From Klebsormidium nitens (taxonomy: Eukaryota > Plantae > Klebsormidiophyceae), in assembly GCA_000708835.1 (NCBI GenBank), contig DF237579.1:1-49239 (forward strand): a DNA stretch of 49,239 nucleotides. The letters run 5' to 3'. The notes beneath the pieces were generated by a model. It saw only the letters and a list, made by a program, of their open reading frames with translations, searched no databases and was not told the DNA's origin. Position numbers and translations under genes: made by a program. Positions 45,205-49,239 of the stretch are shown one piece after another (the first letter of the stretch is position 1; each line of letters opens with the position of its first letter).

Positions 45205-46751
45205 GGAGATCTTTCTGGGATTCGAGAGCGAAGTAAGAACTGCCTTGCCATGTTTCGTCGTCTCCTGATCAGCTCAAACTTAAGAACTAGAGTAGTGGGT
45301 GACGTTGCTGTAAGGTCGATCTGTTCATGCAATTCCTCCGAACACCCTGAAACTTTGTACGTCGACTACAATATCAATCTACTATAGCAGTGTGACCAAT
45401 CCGGGTAAGGTTCCCAACACCTGGAGAGTGCAAGGCCGTGTCCTTCTCGCGTGACAAAGACAAATGGCTCATTGTCTTCGTTTGAGTCTGCTCCTCTTTG
45501 TATCCGTTCCTCTGAATCGCTAGGTTTTCCAGACAACGTTTCATGGAAATCCACTTTCTGCTTGCAGGTTAACTCGCCCGCTAACCAAAGTTGCGTCAGC
45601 ACTGCACGAAGCCGCTTACGAGTCGGTGCCGTTCTTTCGTTCCGTCCGGACAAACCACGAGCGGGGGGATGCGGCTCAGTACATGTCCAGTCCGGAAAGA
45701 GATCCCCCCAGAAAGGACTACTTTGCAGCCCACAGGAAATATGAATCTTCAAGAGAAAGGACAGCCCAAAGAAACACGTATGCCGCTGACGACAGTAGCA
45801 ATAGTGGCGACTGAGGGTTGCTGCGATGGTCATGTTGAGTCCCTTGAATCACATTGAAACTTGTGCACTGCAGATCCTAAACAAAATATTCATCTATGCT
45901 GCTGACCGAAGATTCGTCCTAGCTGGACGGCTCTGCCTGTTTCGGCAGGATTACGGCAGCCCGGCCGGTCGCCGAGTTTTGTCGATAGATACCGTCTTCT
46001 CAAAGCACCACCATGAATGACCGACTGACGAGATTAGCATTAGTCACCGTCATTGATTGCCAGCCAGCTGATCAAGACACGATCTAGCTCGTGGAAGCGC
46101 AGCTAGAAATACGGCACTTTACGGGGCTATTTAGGCGGCAGAGCTGATCACATTCAGCCTGTACTAATGAGTTGACTCAGACTATAATAGCTCGGCCGCC
46201 CAATACAACCGCAGTGACGGACAGGGTAAGTTGAGCTGCGGTCTCGAATAAGCACCTTGTACAGGATAGCTGCACACCGGCCCGAGCTTGTCAATCATGT
46301 ATGATTGACATGTCAACGTGTAGCTCATGACTTGACCGTGTCCGGGATCATGGATGATGTGTGTATGCCGTATGAGTGACCTGGAATGACGTATCATTTT
46401 CATTTTCGCCGTTAGCCCGAGCGTATCAGTCTAATCATCGACATGATATCGCATCGACATAAGACCGCATGACAACCGTACACACAAATCATATACGATT
46501 GGGTTGAGAAGGCCGCGCGCGCGGACTCCACATGTCTTAATTTTAATTCAATAATCCTCTATAGGTGCGCTTGGTCATCATTCAGAGCTTCAACCGACGA
46601 GTTCAAATGCAGCCTATAGCTGCACATTTGGCAGCCGCCAACAACCACTAGTTCTAGCTACGATCCACGACGGTTACTGTAAGACCGGTCTTACAATCGG
46701 TAAACTCTATAGTACGTGCGGACAGAACCCTCGCCATCCCCGCGCGCCGCC

Positions 46752-46900
46752 ATGCAAGCGGTGCTAGGGACATGTGGCGCACGGTGAAGCGCGAGCCGCT
46801 GGTGGCGCTCGCGAGCGCGGGCCTCGCGGGGGCCCTGCTCACATGCCGGTGGTCGCCGAAAAGAAGCGGCAGATCCTGGCGCTGCGCCATGCCAACAAAT
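46752..46900 (+). pseudogene. Possible frameshifted gene remnant of a small hydrophobic protein
   Basis: After the ATG at 46772, 22 consecutive codons end in G/C (WRTVKREPLVALASAGLAGALL). The GC3 bias then continues in a shifted frame (MPVVAEKKRQILALR). GCCGCCATG context at 46752. Confidence 0.35.
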
Positions 46901-47456
46901 TCTTGCATCACATTATGAATCAGCACTGCATCCAACATCTGTTGATCCTAGTTGTGTAACTTTGTGTGACTTTGGTCACACGCGTTAGTACGTGGCTGCA
47001 ATATCGGCCTGTTCCGCGGTTGGTGCTGTTCCAGATTTGCAGGCCGCGCCGCAAAAATATATTTCCATCATTCTGACAAGCAGACTCTTGCATCTAAAAT
47101 TGCGCATTGAGAATCCAATTCAGTGAAGAAAGTACTCAAAATAAAAGTTGACCGTCGTATGTACAAGCTAAAGCTAGTTAAAGCTAGCCTCGCCACCCAG
47201 GTTAATCCAGAACTATGCAACCCGGACCAAGCGCCAGAGGAGGGCTGCCACTCGACTTTTGATGACTTCTGACGAGCGGTGGCTGGCTGCCACAAGAACG
47301 TCCGCCTCTTCAAACTACAACTATTGAATCAAGATGGTGAGCACCCGACTTTCTTTTGGAGCTTTGTTTGCGCAAGACCTTGACTCCTACACTAGATTCG
47401 ATTTCTATGCAACCCGCTATGACAACATTAATTTCAGATGGTATCCGCGTGTGTGG

Positions 47457-49013
<1,557 letters not shown>

Positions 49014-49239
49014 TTCTAGACGCTGCCCTTATTGCACGCTTGAACTCCGATTCCTTTTTGCAAAAACGTACCCTGATAGGAGACATAGGACGCTTTTGTC
49101 GCATGCCCAGACACCACTTAGGACCATGCCTGTCCTAAAACGCTGCAACAGCTCGTCAACGATGAGCGTCTTGACTCCTGCAGCTCTTGGCTGATCTGCA
49201 GCCAGAGAGTCCAGCTGGCTTCCTGGAACAGATGTCATT

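Overview
Intron-rich eukaryotic genomic DNA with GC-rich exons, GT...YAG introns and no prokaryotic features. The mix of flagellar genes (RSP14, KIF9), a plant-type Cu-ATPase and a SABATH methyltransferase suggests a flagellated streptophyte alga such as Klebsormidium (inference). I spliced eight multi-exon genes by hand: a Cu(I) P1B-ATPase (+), a SABATH methyltransferase (-), the DEAD-box helicase DDX18/HAS1 (-), an AGC-type mitochondrial-carrier-family protein with a long plastid-like presequence (+), RSP14 (+), KIF9 (-), a long coiled-coil protein (+) and a UBE2E-like E2 (-). Three observations stand out. (1) An F-box-like ORF lies just upstream of the SABATH gene and can be spliced in frame to it. 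(2) In four genes, degenerate copies of a 3' splice junction plus the start of the next exon sit upstream in the same intron; several keep the AG and lead to a premature stop. (3) The AGC-like carrier has a plastid/thylakoid-like presequence and an apparently non-AG last acceptor. Exon coordinates were counted by eye and may be off by a few bases.
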